Shown here: one piece after another, positions 49,580 to 62,690 of the stretch
Numbering within the stretch: the stretch's first letter is position 1
Layout of the letters: each line of letters begins with the position of its first letter
NCBI GenBank assembly: GCA_051313645.2
Contig: JBNRSN020000030.1
Location: forward strand, 33,170,001 to 33,234,000
Source: Centroscyllium fabricii
Lineage: Eukaryota
Direction: 5' to 3'
Length of the DNA stretch: 64,000 bases
Translations under genes and position numbers: made by a program
The notes under the pieces: model-generated
Databases searched by the model: none
Told to the model about the DNA's origin: nothing
What the model saw: the letters and a program-made list of their open reading frames with translations, nothing else

Positions 49580-50304
49580 AATGTAGTTTTATTGCCTTTT
49601 TGGGTTTTGCAAGCACAGAGATTGCTGTCTGCTCACAGTTGCTTTCACCTTTGATCGATTTGTAGCCAGTTGGTGTAAGAAGCTGACAACAAAGTATTGC
49701 GCAGAGAAAATGACGGCTGTGGTTATCGGAACAGTTAATTTGCTGGGCTGTTTAGAATCTGCCCCTTGGTACTTCAGATATGAATATTACTATGTAATTG
49801 ATAATCTCCCGAGGTGTTGTATCAGTAAACCTAGTTTCTTGACTTCCCCGCATGGGTCGCAATTGACATGTTGCACGCATTTTACATACATGGGTCCCGT
49901 TTTTTGTGATTTACCTGCTCAATGTTCTAAAGGAGAAACATAATTTAGCGGATGTTCAAGTCGGCAGGTGTCTCTGGGGCCGCAGTAATGGAGAGAGTCA
50001 CACGGACCCAGAGATGGAGAATCGAATTAAGTGCATCATTTCATTGGTCAGCATATCCATCATTTTAATATGTTTATGGGTGACTCTGTTTCTATATTGC
50101 ATCTGTCAACGGATTTTAAATATTTATTTTAACTGTGTCAATAACCTTCTTTAAATTACAGAATCTACACTAATTATAATTCAGTTCCTGCAGAAACACG
50201 TGTGTTTGCGCTGTGGCCCAAAATATATTCAGAGAGGAACTGAAGAAAGCAGTAAAATACGACATGGATCTATTCGTTAAATTAATTAAATCAAAAACAT
50301 CTAA
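49580..50304 (+). pseudogene. GPR139-like GPCR pseudogene (TM3 to helix 8)
   Basis: Fragments CSFIAFLGFAST / TVAFTFDRFVA..CKKLTTKYCAEKMTAVV / WVPFFVIYLLN / SNGESHTDPEMENR / FREELKKAVKY align to the intact gene. Several frameshifts and a TAA at 50152. The 5' part is replaced by LINE sequence. Confidence 0.9.
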
Positions 50305-51032
50305 TGTATTGATCCCAGTAATATAACTCAATTAATGCTTTCAACTTGTATCTTCCGTGGTTGTTGGTGTCAGGGAACAGCTCGTTGTGAAAAAATTGTG
50401 TTCTATAAATTTACTTTGGAAACTCAGTTATGATTACATTAAATATATCACTTAAATCAGCCTCGTTTTTATTGAAATAAGTTGACACAGAGATTTAAAA
50501 AACTGTATCCTAAGAATACATTACTATCAAGAAATTACTGATTCTAATATTTAAGTTACGTAGAAATATTTTTATTTATTCAGTGACAGTCAGTGAATCC
50601 ATCCACATTGAGTCAGAGAAGGTAATGCGAAAGAGTCAGCAGCAACCTCAGTTCAGTCGCCAGACATCTGTAGCGGCCTCAGATACAAACACCGTGATAT
50701 AATATTGCATAACACTGATAAACAGCACAAATTTTAAACTCCATTTCAACTGCGCCATGTTATTGGGGAGGGAGGAGATTGTGCTGCCTCGTTGTATCAG
50801 TGAGACCGTGAGTTCTCTCATCATCAATGAATGAAAACACATTAATGAAAAAATATTCTAGGACAGGTTAGTTCCACAACATGACACTCTTACCAGATCC
50901 TGACAGTCTGATAACTGCACTTAGGCGAGACATCAGATTCACGTACATTCACTGCAGTGGGTAATCCACCAGATATGCTAGGTTTAGATCAATTGAGATA
51001 GGTCCACATTTATTGCAGATGCTACAAGATCG

Positions 51033-52133
51033 AAACATAGAAACATAAATTAGCTATTCAGCCCTTCGAAGCTGCTCCGCCATTCAATATGATCATGGCT
51101 GATCCTCTAGTTCAATAACATTTTCCCGCTCTCTCCCCATATTCTCGATGTATTTTTTGTCTAGACAAATATCTATGCCCTTCTTAAATGTAATCAATGA
51201 CTTGACATGTGTGTGAAAAAATTCACCTAATCTCATTCCTAAATGTTGTACCCCGTATCCTGAGTCTATACCCCCTCGCTCTAGACCACCAGCAATTGAA
51301 AACATCCTTCCTGCATCCAGTATCTCTAGCCCTGTCATAATTGTATACGTTTCAATCAGATCCCCGCTCATTCTTCTAAATTCTAGTGAATACAGGTTTA
51401 TTTGGCCCTTTCGCTCCTCATGCATCAGTCCTGCCATCCCAAGAATCAGACTGGTGAACAATCGCTGCGGTCGCTCAATGGCTAGTATATGCTTTCCGAG
51501 GTAAGGAGACCAACTCTTCGCACACAGTGATTCTGGTGCAGTCCAAACAAGACCCGTTATAAATGTAGTAAGACATCCTTGTACCTGTACTCAAATCCAC
51601 TTGCAATGAAGGCCAACATAGCATTTGCATGCTGAACTGCCGGCTGCAGCTAAATGTTTGCTTTAAGTGTCTGGGGTACAATGACACCCATGTTTTTTGT
51701 ATATCAACATTTTTTTTAATCTATCACCATTTAAATAACAATCTGCATTTCCGTTTTTGCTTCCTAAGTGGACAACTTCATATTTGTCAACGTAATACTG
51801 CATCTGTATATAGTTTCCCACTCACTTAACTTGACCAAACCTCATTTCATCCTCCTCAGAACACACAACCCCATCCATTTTCTTGTCGTCAGCAAATTAT
51901 ATATATTACATGAGGTTTCTTCATCCAAGTCATTGATATATATTGTGAATAGCTGGGGCACAAGCCATGATCCCTGCGGTACGCCGCTAAAGTCCTGCCA
52001 CCCCAAAACAGACCCATTTAATCCTACTCTCTGTTTCCTGCCTGTTAAACAATTTTCAATCCATGCCAATATATTGCCCCCAATCAGAGGTGCTTTAGTT
52101 TTGCAAGGTACCTTCTTATGTGAGACTTTATCA
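51033..52133 (-). mobile_element. HER1-type LINE 3' fragment
   Basis: Tail GAAACATAGAAAC, with WIENCLTGRKQRV..GVPQGS..FTIYINDLD in a minus-strand ORF. Confidence 0.85.
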
Positions 52134-52882
52134 AATTCAATTCAATTCAATTCAATTCAGTTTAATTGTCATTGCAGTGTACTAGTGCAATACAACCAAG
52201 CAACGACACGCTGCTCCCGAGAGCAGTGCATATAAGATACATACAATTGAATACAATAAAGTACATTTCAGGTGTGCAGATACTGGAGATTTTTGTTAGA
52301 GTTCAGGAGACTGACAGCCCTGGGGAAGCAGCTGTCCTTGAATCAAGTCATGCGGGTACGAATTGATCTGTAGCGTCTTCCGATACCGAGGGCATGGGGG
52401 CGAAAAGATTATAGCTGACGTGTTTTGTGTCTTTAATAATAATATTCTGAGACCTCGGTAGGCAGCATTTCAGGTAGTTGCATTCAATTGATGATAGGTG
52501 GTTGCCGGTGATTCACTGGCCAGTTTTGATTACCCGCTGAAGGGCCTTCCGGCCTGAGATGGTTCAGTTTCCATACCAGACTGTGATGCAGCTTGTCAGT
52601 ATGCCTTCAATTGTGCAGCGGTAGAAGTTCATGCGGATGCCAGATGTCAGCTTGGACTTTTTGAGCTTCCTTAGGAATTACAGGCGCTGTTTCCTTCCTT
52701 ATCAGACAGGAGGTGTTTAGGCACCAGGAGACGTCTTCTGAGATGTGGACCCCGAGGAGTTTAAAGCTGGACACCCGTTCCACCTCAGCCCCTTGGATGA
52801 AGATGGTGGTGTGTCTTCCGCCTTTAGTCTTCCATAAGTCCACTATGATCTCCTTGGTTTTCTTGGTGTTTAGTGCCAGGTA
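52134..52882 (-). mobile_element. Rex1/Babar LINE 3' fragment
   Basis: VERVSSFKLLGVHISED and a (TTGAA)n tail at 52134-52160. Homologous to 59590-60360. Confidence 0.85.
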
Positions 52883-52889
52883 GTGGGCT

Positions 52890-53381
52890 TCTGGAGATTC
52901 ACCAGGATGCTACCTGGGCTGTGGTACCACAACTATGAGGAGAGACTGGAGAGGCTGGCGTTGTTTTCCTTGGAGCAGAGGAGGCTGAGAGGGGACCTGA
53001 TTAAGGTATATAAATTATGAGGGTAATAGATAAGGTGGATGAAGTTGAACACTTTCCCATTGTTGAGGGGTCAATATCTAGTGGGCATAAGTTTAAGGTA
53101 ATGGGCAGAAGGTATCGTGGGGATGTTACGAATAACTTCTTCACCCAGAGTGTGGTTGGAGTCTGGAACTCACTGCCTAAGAGCGGTAGAGGAGGGAACC
53201 CTCACTACATGAAAAAAGCATTCGGATGAGCACTTGAAATGCCACAGCATACAAGGCTATGGACCAAATGTGGGAAAATGGGATTAGTATAGACAGGGAT
53301 TGATGGGCGGCGGCACGGACGTGATGGGCCGAAGGGCCTCTTTCTATGCTGTATTACTTTATGACTCTATGACTCTATGAC
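52890..53381 (+). mobile_element. CR1 LINE 3' fragment
   Basis: GGAGATTCACCAGGATG...GAGCACTTGAAATGCC...(ATGACTCT)n. Confidence 0.88.
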
Positions 53382-56300
53382 TGTCGCCTTCCCCCTCTCC
53401 ACTTACCTAATAACCCGGGGGTAATAACTTGTGGTCCGACTCGTGGCTATGCCTTCTGACTGCAGGTATTAGCGTAGCTCGTCGCTCATAAACGACGCCC
53501 CTCTGTCAGACTGGATGTAGCTTGGCATGCAAAGCATGCAAAATATCCTGTCGAGGCACTTGATGATAATGGCACTGGTCATGTCTGGGCAGGGGTACAT
53601 AGAAACATAGAAACATAGAAACTAGGAGCAGGAGTAGGCCATTCGGCCCTTCGAGCCTGCTCCGCCATTCAATGAGATCATGGCTGATCATCCAAACCCA
53701 GTACCCCGCCCCTGCCCTCTCCCCATATCGCTATCGAGCCTCCATCGTCACATATCCCACCCTACCCCCGTAACCCCCACACATTCAATTCCCCTAACAC
53801 TAAGGGTCAATTTATCCTGGCCAATCAACCTAACCCGCACATCTTTGGACTGTGGGAGGAAACCGGAGCACCCGGAGGAAACCCACGCAGACACGGGGAG
53901 AATGTGCAAACTCCACACAGATAGTACCCGAGGCTGGATTTGAACCCGGGTCTCCAGTGCTGTGAGACAGCAGTGCTAACCACTGTGCCACCGTACCGCC
54001 GACGGGTAGGGGAATAGGAAGCGGGAGTACTCGTCCAAGATATTGAAGAAGTAGACATTGTGATCAGTGGAGGGGGAGTGTCCATTGAAGGATACGCTTA
54101 GTTGCTCAAATGGCCATATAGGTTGGCTCGGTCGAGCCTGTGAAATCGGGGCTTGTCCTCCGCTCAGATGCGGCAGTGCCTGGTTATGGACCAGACCTCC
54201 TCAATGTAGTAGGACAGGTTAGTGGATTTTATCAGCTGGAATAGCCGGTGACTTCGTGTGCCATAGCTCGTTGTAGAGGGCCTGTAGCCTGTCTCCGTGG
54301 ATGTTGGCACACATCCATCGTAATAGTGCGTTGGGGTATTCGTTGAGGGCCCCCGGCCTATATATAATGTCATACTCGAATGTACAGTGTTCGATTCGCA
54401 ACCTGAGGATTTTGTGGTTTTTGATCTACCCCCTCTGTATATTATTAAACATGAAGGCTACCGACCACTGGTCGGTAAGCAGGATGAAGCGTTTCCCGGC
54501 AAGTTAGAGCCTCCAGTGCCACACTGCCTCCGATATAGCATGGAAATATTTCTCTACCAAAGAGTGCCTGGTCTCGAGCCATTGTAGGGTTCTTGAGAAA
54601 AAGGCCACTGACCAGCCACCCTGATTCAGGATGGCTGCTACGGCAAAGTCGAATGCGTCGCTTTCCACCTGGAAATGGACATCTTCGTCTAGTGCCCATG
54701 GCGTGGCCCTCTCAATATCACACCAGATACTGTTGAAGGCGGCGTGGGCCTCGGCCGGGAGCGGGAAGGATATTGATTTAAAGAGTGGGCGTGCATTGTC
54801 TGCATAATTGTGAACCCATTGTCCGTAGTAGGAGAAGAACCCCAGGCACCTTTTCAGAGCATTAGGGGTGCTTTGTAAGGGGAGCTCCCGTAGGGGCCGC
54901 AATCGGTCGGGTTCCAGACCAATTATCTCGTTTTCCTCAACGCAGCAGAGGATGCAGAAGCGTGTGTTATTAAAAAAAGATCTTATCTTCTTATAGATGA
55001 GGTTCAGCCTGTGGGGGGTTTTCATGAACCTTGCGGGTTGCGAGTTGTGATCTTGTTGGTCGGGGCTGCAGACGGTGACGCTGTCAATTTATTGGAAAGT
55101 GGCTGCTCACAGTTTCTCGTCGACCATGCGGTCCATCTCCCTCTGGAAGACCGCAACCCCATTTGTTACTCCGAAGGGGACTCTGAGGAAGTGGCAGCGG
55201 CATCCATTCGCCAAAGAGGCGGTATATCGATGGCCCTGCGGCCTAATGGGGAGCTGGTTGTATATTAATTCAGGTCAATGGTGGACAAAACCCAGTATTG
55301 CGTGATTTAGTTGACCATTTCTGATATGCGGAGAAGGGGGGTAGGCATTAAGCTGGATATATAGGTTCACGTTCTGGCTATAATCTATCAGCATCGACGT
55401 CTTTTCGCTCCCCTTGACTACTACTAAATGGGCGTGCCACGTGCTGCTACTCCAATCAATGATACCTTCCCTCCGTAGTCTTTCAACTACCGCCGCAATG
55501 AACCATCTGTCCTCCCGGCTGTACTGCCTGCACTTGGTCGCTTTGGGGTGACAGTTCGGAGCGAGATTGGTGAACAAGGAGGGCGGCTTGACCTTCAGGG
55601 TATCCAAACTGCACACTGTGAGGGGGGGATGGGACTCACGGAAGGTGAGCATGATACTTTGGTGGTGTCACTGAAAATCACAACCCAAGATCACGATTAC
55701 TCACAGGTCTGGCATTACCAGTAATTTAAATTCTTTGTAATCGTTGCCCTTGACTGACAACATATCCGTGCAGAACTCCGTAATGTGTGAGGTGTGTGTT
55801 TAATCTGCCATGGCGTTGTTGCCATGTGTAGGGATTACTGTTAGTTTCTTTACCAGCCTTTTATGGACGAATCTTTCAGAGCGCCTGTAGTCAATCAGGC
55901 ATTTTAAATTTTCCCGTTGACTCTTATGTCCATCATCGACTTCGAATGTGGGTGTGGCCTGTAATGATCCACCGTAATCGTGGCCATCATTGCGTCCTGC
56001 GGCTCCGTGGGGTGGGACTAGATGGCTTCCAAAATGGCTGTCCCCCGGTGCACACGTGGCGGTGGAGGAGCTGGAAGAGTCGGGGCAAGATTGCGTACAA
56101 GAAGGCTGCCCCCACGGCACGCACGAGGCTGGGTGGGCTGCGTGGCCTGAGGAGTAAAACTCAGCGTTCCTCTGGGCCATATCTAGCGATTGCGCTACTT
56201 CCATTGCTTGCTTTAAATCTAGCTTTTCTTTCTCAAACAGCCTCTGCCTAATGCAATTCGAGCTGAAGCCTGCGATGAAGGTGTCACGGATCAGCTAATC

Positions 56301-56978
56301 TGTGTGCACGGTGGGAGAGAAAGCCTTGCAATTACAGTCTCTGCCCAGTACTTTTAGTTGCAACATTAAATCCTCCAGTGACTCACCAGGCCGCTGATTG
56401 CGTGTAGTTAGAAGTTGTCTGGCATATACCTCGTTCACTGGTCACACGTAGTGGGCTTTCAGGGTGGTGCTGGCATCTTCCTAGCAGGGGGCATCATTAA
56501 TGTGGGCTGATATCCGATGGCTCACCCGATTCTGTAGGATACCCAGCTTCACGTCCCCTGTGGTGGTCGCGGATGCTATCGTGGCGGCGGAGGTTTCCAG
56601 AAAATATTCAAAGCCCTGGAACCAGTTTCCGAACTGTCTTGTGGCATCAAAGGTGTGGATGTTTAAATCTAAGCGCTCTGGCATCAGTAGCCGATCAATT
56701 TCGATGTCTTAGTTATTAAAATCGATAGGCAATCACTTTTCCAAGCGAGAGGTTTAAGTACTTAAAGGTAGTGTTTGAATAACTAAGAACTGTGCTGAAT
56801 GTTCCCACACTAAGTTCTCCAGGTCGAATGGCTCAAGCAGCCTTGGAGTCCTCCACAAATGTAAAGACAAGGGCGGAGCCAAACTTATACAATAGACAGA
56901 GGTGGGCGTCAAACATTCCTAGCCCAGGCAAGTCCACGTGGAAATGTACAGTCTGATGACCATACATATTTCATCACA
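53382..56978 (-). mobile_element. Second Ty3/Gypsy element, decayed (5' LTR about 56722-56978, gag, PR, RT, RNase H, partial integrase)
   Basis: The minus strand begins TGTG at 56978. Gag PERLDL..FGNW..F; RT-region LVVVK..MLIDYSQNVN; RNase H VESDAFDFAVAAILNQGG; integrase ILDEYSRF..SDRGASF..TTSY, cut off at 53382. Confidence 0.85.
53598..54000 (-). mobile_element. HE1-type V-SINE inside the Gypsy integrase
   Basis: Full tRNA head, V-domain and HER1 tail. Confidence 0.92.
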
Positions 56979-57080
56979 CGGGTTACTGAGTTTGGACAAT
57001 CAGCCATGAACTCATTGAATGGCGGAGAAGGCTCGAGGGGCCGAATGGCGTACTCCTGCTCCTATTTTCTATGTTTCTAT
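56979..57080 (+). mobile_element. HER1/HE1 3' tail fragment
   Basis: ATCAGCCATG..CTCATTGAATGGCGGAG..GGCTCGAGGGGCCGAATGG..TTCTATGTTTCTAT. Confidence 0.8.
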
Positions 57081-57499
57081 ATACTGTGCTTTTTTCATGT
57101 TATTTAACATTTTATATTTGATGACCATGATGTGAATTATGTTGAGCTTCAATCATTATATTGAAGGTGAGACCGTTACAGTTATCGCATATAATTTACA
57201 AGACATGTGGAAGATGCTAACCGAGTGAAGATTATTTCTGAAAAATCTGCGGTACGAAAACATTAGTGTCAGGTTGGATCTGCTTCGATAAGGCAAGCCA
57301 ATCATTCCCTCACTCAATTCAGGTCCACCACTTTCTGATAATTTCTCTGTTTTTCATGTGCACGCTTTCTCTTTACTATTTCAAACTTGTCACTTTTTGT
57401 GTCATTATTTTCTAACAGCTCTATGTTCCACTTAGGTAATTCCTAAATGCAAATATTCAATTATTTTCTTGACAAACACTGATGGAATAAAGCTGAGCC

Positions 57500-57979
57500 T
57501 TTAACGGGTGTAGGTTGGGCCCAAATGCAATACACCGAAACAGCATACGTAGAAGTAAACTACTTTATTTCTGAGCAGTAGAAGACACTGGTAACAGTGG
57601 GTCGATATATATGCAGAAAATTCACGGAGGCAAAAAGTCCAAAAAAGAGGTCATGCAGAAGACAATCCAAATACCAAAAACAGATCAATACCGGGTAGTC
57701 AGTCCACGAGAGCGACAAATCTAAACGAGGTCAGGCAGAAGAGAATCGAAATTCCAGAAAGCAGGTCAGTATCTCAAACAGGTAGGATCAGAGAGCTTAG
57801 AACAAAACAAAGGTTATTTCAGTCAGAAAGCACAATCGATCTGGCAACCACTAGGTAGAAAGCAGGGGCTTATATACAGCTCCTGATTATCACTGGTGAC
57901 GCTGGGCTGTTCAATCAGGTGCGGGCAGTAGAGCTAACGAGGTGATAACCAGTTAAAGGGGAAGTGCCAAACTATGACA
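57500..57979 (-). mobile_element. Solo LTR of the sushi-type Gypsy family
   Basis: 480 bp, collinear with the LTR at 47057-47537. Flanked by GAGCC/GAGGC (5-bp TSD with one mismatch). The empty site is at about 29690 in the paralog. Confidence 0.92.
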
Positions 57980-58162
57980 GAGGCTCTAATAACGATTCTG
58001 GTGAATTGCATGGAAAACATTCAAGATTGCTTTCCAACATAGATTACCGAGGATCCAGTTAGGCAACAGGTTATTTCAGTTTACGTTTTGTGCTATGAGA
58101 GAGGGTTAATTAATAACCTTGTAGTAAAGCTTATTCTGGGAACAAGTGTCCATAGGAAAAAA

Positions 58163-61096
58163 GGGCACAGAAATTGTAGTGGAGCCTTGGTGCGAGTGCA
58201 GTACCTGCTTAACGCACTACAAACCACTCAGCAAAAGGGTGAAAGCTTCAGCCAAAACAGTCAGGGTATGGCCACAAGGGGCAGTCTCAGAGCTGCAAGA
58301 CTGCTTCGAATGCACTGAATGGAGCATGTTCGCTCACACGGACATCGAGGAATACGCATCCGCAGTGCTTTTTTACATTAACAGCTGTGTCGAGGTGCTC
58401 ACTACCCAAAACACCATCAAGGCATTCCCCAACCAGAAACCCTGGATGAACGGGGAGGTCCACTCGCTGCTGAAGGCACGTGACACAGCTTTCAAATCTG
58501 GGGATGTGGCAGCTTACAGCACAACCAGGGCCAACCTAAATAGGGGTATCAGGTCTGCCAAACGAAATCAGACACTGAAGATAGAGGAACACTTTCACAA
58601 CAACTCGGACCCTCGACGTACGTGGCAATGCATACAGTCCATCACGGACTATATGTGCAAAAACACCAGCCCCCCGACCAGCGATGCCTCCCTACCGGAG
58701 GAACTCAACAACTTCTATGCTCGCTTCGACAGGGACAACAGGGAACAAGCCACCAAAGTCCTGCAATCCCCGGAAGACCAGCCATTAACACTGTCCTGCT
58801 CCGAAGTAAGAGGTGCTCTACGTGGAGTGAATGCACGGAAGGCCGCGGGTCCTGATGGCATCCCCGGCCGGGCACTCAAAGAATGTGCCGACCAACTGGC
58901 TGAAGTCTTCACTGATATCTTCAGCCTTTCACTGGCGAAGGCAGCTGTCCCTACCTGCTTTAAGACCGCCACCACCATCCCTGTGCCCAAGAAAACGGCC
59001 GTGACGTGCCTGAACGATTACCACCCTGTCGCAGTTACACACATTATCATGAAGTGTTTTGAGCGGCTGGTCCTGTCCCACATAAAAGCCAGCATCCCTG
59101 CCGCCCTGGACCAATACCAGTTCGCCTACCGTGGGAACACATCTACGGAAGATGCTATCACTACGGCTCTTCACTCTGCACTGAACCACCTGGATAGCAA
59201 AGATACGTATATCAGAATGTATTTATTGACTACAGATCAGCATTCAACACCATCGTCCCCAGCAAATTTTCTAACATACTCCTCACCCTCGGCCTGAACA
59301 ACTCCCTCTTCAACTGGACCCTGGACTTCCTAACCAACAGACCACAGTCTGTGAAGTTAGGCAACCTCACCTCACCCCCCCCCCCCTTACCCTGAACACG
59401 GGGGCCACACAAGGCTGTGTGCTGAGCCCCCTCCTCTATTCCCTCTTCACTCACAACTGTGCGGCTGTCCATGGCTCCAACACGATCATCAAGTTTGCGG
59501 ATGACACCACGGTGGTTGGCCAGATCACCAGCAACGAGGAGTCAGCCTACAGGGATGAGATTCATCGCCTTGTGGGATGGTTTGCCGACAACAACCTGGC
59601 ACTGAACACCAAGAAAACTAAGGAGATCATAGTGGACTTCTGGAGGACTGGAAGAAGAAGACACACCCCCCATCTTCATCCAAGGGCCTGAGGTAGAAAG
59701 GGTGTCCAGCTGCAGGTTCATCGGGGTCCACATCTCGGAAGACCTCTCCTGCTCACTAAACACCTCCTCTCTGTTTAAGAAGGCCCAACTTCCTAAGGAA
59801 GCTGAAGAAAGCCAGGCTGCCATCCGGCATCCTCTCCAACTTCTACCGCTGCACAATCGAAAGCATACTGACAAGCTGCATCACAGTCTGGTTGGAAATT
59901 GCACCATCTCAGACCGGAAGACCCTGCAGCGGGTAGTCAAAACTGCCCAACGAATCACCGGTACCCAGCTACCGTCAATGGAAAGCATCTACCTCAAACG
60001 CTACCTACGGAGGTTTCTGAATATTATTAAAGACCCCACACACCCCACCCACAATCTGTTCGCGGTCCGGCCCTGCGGGAGACGCTACAGATCAATTTGC
60101 ACCCGCATGACTAGATTTAAGGACAGCTTCTTGCCCAGGGCTGTCAGCCTCCTGAACTCTAAAAATAAACTCTGGTACCTGCACACCTGAAAATGTACTT
60201 TACTGTATGCATTTGCATGTAGTTAATTTGCACTACTCTATGGAGCGTCGAGTCTTCGTCTCGTTGTATTGTACTAGTACTCTGCAATGACAATAAAACT
60301 TGAATTGAATTGAATTGAATTGAATTGAAATTGAATTGAATTGAATTGAATTGAATTGATTTGAACTGCACAGAATCAGGTTTGCTTTCTTGCACTCAGA
60401 ATTTGCAGTTAGCCCAACTTTTCTGACCTCCGTGCGAGCTTCATGGGCATCGGAAGGGTGTACTTAGTGCGATATGGCTTTTGAGACCACCTTATTGGCA
60501 GGGAGCCAATCAGTGGAACCAATTCTCCTTTCAAAACTTCCACTGAGAAAGCTGTGCAAGTTCTGGAAGGATAGATTGCCCAAAAGACATCTAAACACCA
60601 AAATAAAAATTTACAAACACCACATTTTTTAACATTACCCCAACCAACACAAATAACCTATTTTAAATAAAAAATAAAAATGTATAGAAACATTTTTCAA
60701 CATCCAACATGTCTTAAAAAATACTTACCTCTCTTTAAAGTTAACAACAATTAAAAACCTGAAAAAACAACACTTAAAATCAATAAAATACACATTTACC
60801 AGATCATAACGGATACGTATGACTGCTTTTTCCCAGCGTAGAATATCCTGGTCTTGGTCGGTAGAAAAACATTTAAAAAATATCGGAATGTCTGGACGCA
60901 CCCGTAGTTCGATGTTTCCTGCGCTAAACCACGCAGGAACTCCAAATCCACCCCCCCCCCCCCACCCCCCCACCACCCCGCTGGCCGGCTTAGGAAAATC
61001 CGAAGCAGCACAAACGGCTGCTTCCTGCGGGTTAAAGCTCTGGTGCGCTCGCACCAGAGCTTAACCCCTATATGGGCCGGCGGCAATTTCTGGCCC
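58163..61096 (-). mobile_element. Harbinger-like MITE, family A copy 2, split by Rex1 (58163-58217 plus about 60361-61096)
   Basis: Termini GGGCACAGAAATTGTAGT and GCAATTTCTGGCCC. Reverse-complement homolog of 30987-31747. Confidence 0.85.
58218..60365 (+). mobile_element. Rex1/Babar LINE, 5'-truncated RT, frameshifted
   Basis: LQDCF..TEW, FPNQKPW, RKAAGPDG, YQFAY, QGCVLSPLL and KFADDTT motifs, with a (TTGAA)n tail at about 60300-60365. Confidence 0.92.
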
Positions 61097-61214
61097 TATA
61101 CATTTTGTTAGGAAGAATATAGGCGGCAATTATTACTTGGGTGGTGTGTGTCTCGTTGGGGTAGAGAAAGAAAGGAATGTCAGAGTACTCTTAGACAATG
61201 CACTACAAGTTATT

Positions 61215-62043
61215 GGGCCCTGTTTTCCTGTGTGCTGGTTAATGCGTGCGTTAGGACCCTGGGGACTCCTAATCTGACGCACCAACATTGCACAGATGTT
61301 TCAACGTCAATTTCCTCCCCGTTCCTCCCCGTTCCTGCGCTGCGTGGCAGTCCAGCCACGCTAGCTGCGCAGTGCAAGCCCCGCCCACAGATCCCAAATT
61401 TAAATAAAAAACGCCCCCCAGATCCCTAATTTAAATAAACAGATCCCGAGTCAGACCTTTGTGAGAGCAGTGAAGTGCGGGGCTGCACTCACAGACTCGG
61501 CGGAGGAGCAGCGCGGGCACAGCAGCTTCTCAGAGGAAGAAACGGAAGGTAAGTCTCCCATTTTTTCCTCTTAGATTTTTTAATAGCTAGAGAGTTAAAA
61601 ATTTCAGAAATGTAACTTTAAAAATTAGCTATTTGAAACAGGTAAATTAACTTAAAATCGGATTTGTAATTTTTAAAAAAAAACTTTAACTTAAAAATGT
61701 AACGCTACCGATCTGGCCACACTACTCCCAAAAACTGTAAAAAATTTAAATTAAAGTTAAAAAATTAACTTACCTGCTTCAATAACTAAATCTTCTCCCC
61801 TTACTACTGGCTTTTAAATGTGCAGCTTGTGAGCCAGTTGCACACGAAATCACTCTCCAAAAATCACCGTTCTGACAGGAAATCGTCAGTGCAAGGTCTT
61901 CCTGCGTTGGAAGCTGACGGGCCTTGCCCATCAGCACAGGAAATTCCCGTTCGTGGGCATCCCACGTGCTGCACACCCACGGGGCATTTCTGACCCCACT
62001 TCGTGAGTGTGCAGCTCCTCTGGAGCACAGGAAAACAGGGCCC
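61215..62043. mobile_element. Harbinger-like MITE, family C
   Basis: Perfect inverted repeat TATTGGGCCCTGTTTTCCTGTG (61211-61232) / CACAGGAAAACAGGGCCCAATA (62026-62047). The paralogous empty site reads GTTAATACA. Confidence 0.85.
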
Positions 62044-62690
62044 AATACAATGTTTATCAAGGCCAGAGCATAACCAAATCACGGATTGTGTTTATTTGCA
62101 GTGGGATTGAAATGAAAGTTAGCGATTTTATACTAAACCTGTATTGAACCTTGGTTAGACCACACTTCGAGTGCTGCGTGCAGTTTTGGACGCCATATTA
62201 TAAAAAGGGTATAGAGTCACTTGAGAAGTGGCAGATAAGATTTCCAAGGAGGATACCAGAAATACGAGGGTATATGTATCAGATACTGTTGAACAGGCTG
62301 CGTCTGTGTTCTCTGGATAAAATAAGGCCGAGAGGTGAATGTTTTTGATAGAGTGGATAGAGAGAGTATGTTTACACGTGTTGGGTAGAGCATGACTAGA
62401 GGTCATCAATATAGGACAGTCACCAAAAAATAAAATTTGGAATTCAGCAGAATCTTCTTTAACCAAAGATTGAGGGAATGTGGAACTCACTACCACAGCG
62501 AGTGGTTGAATCAAATAGAATAGTTGCATTTAAGGGGAGGCTAGACAAAATCTGAGGGTGAAGGAAATAGAGAATTATATTGATAGATTTAGATGAGGAG
62601 GACGGGAGGATGATCCACTGGAGCGGAAACGCCGGCTTGGACTGCCTTGGCCGAATGGTCTGTTCGTGTGCCGTATATCCGATGCAATAA
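62044..62690 (+). mobile_element. Old CR1 3' fragment (begins 61097-61214, split by MITE C)
   Basis: VRPHFECCVQFWTPYYKK. Paralog of 28764-29518. Confidence 0.8.

Noticed and set aside
58146-59297. 383-aa ORF as a host gene
   Set aside because: It is Rex1 RT sequence whose first ~24 codons come from flank and MITE, and it is frameshifted before the FADD motif.
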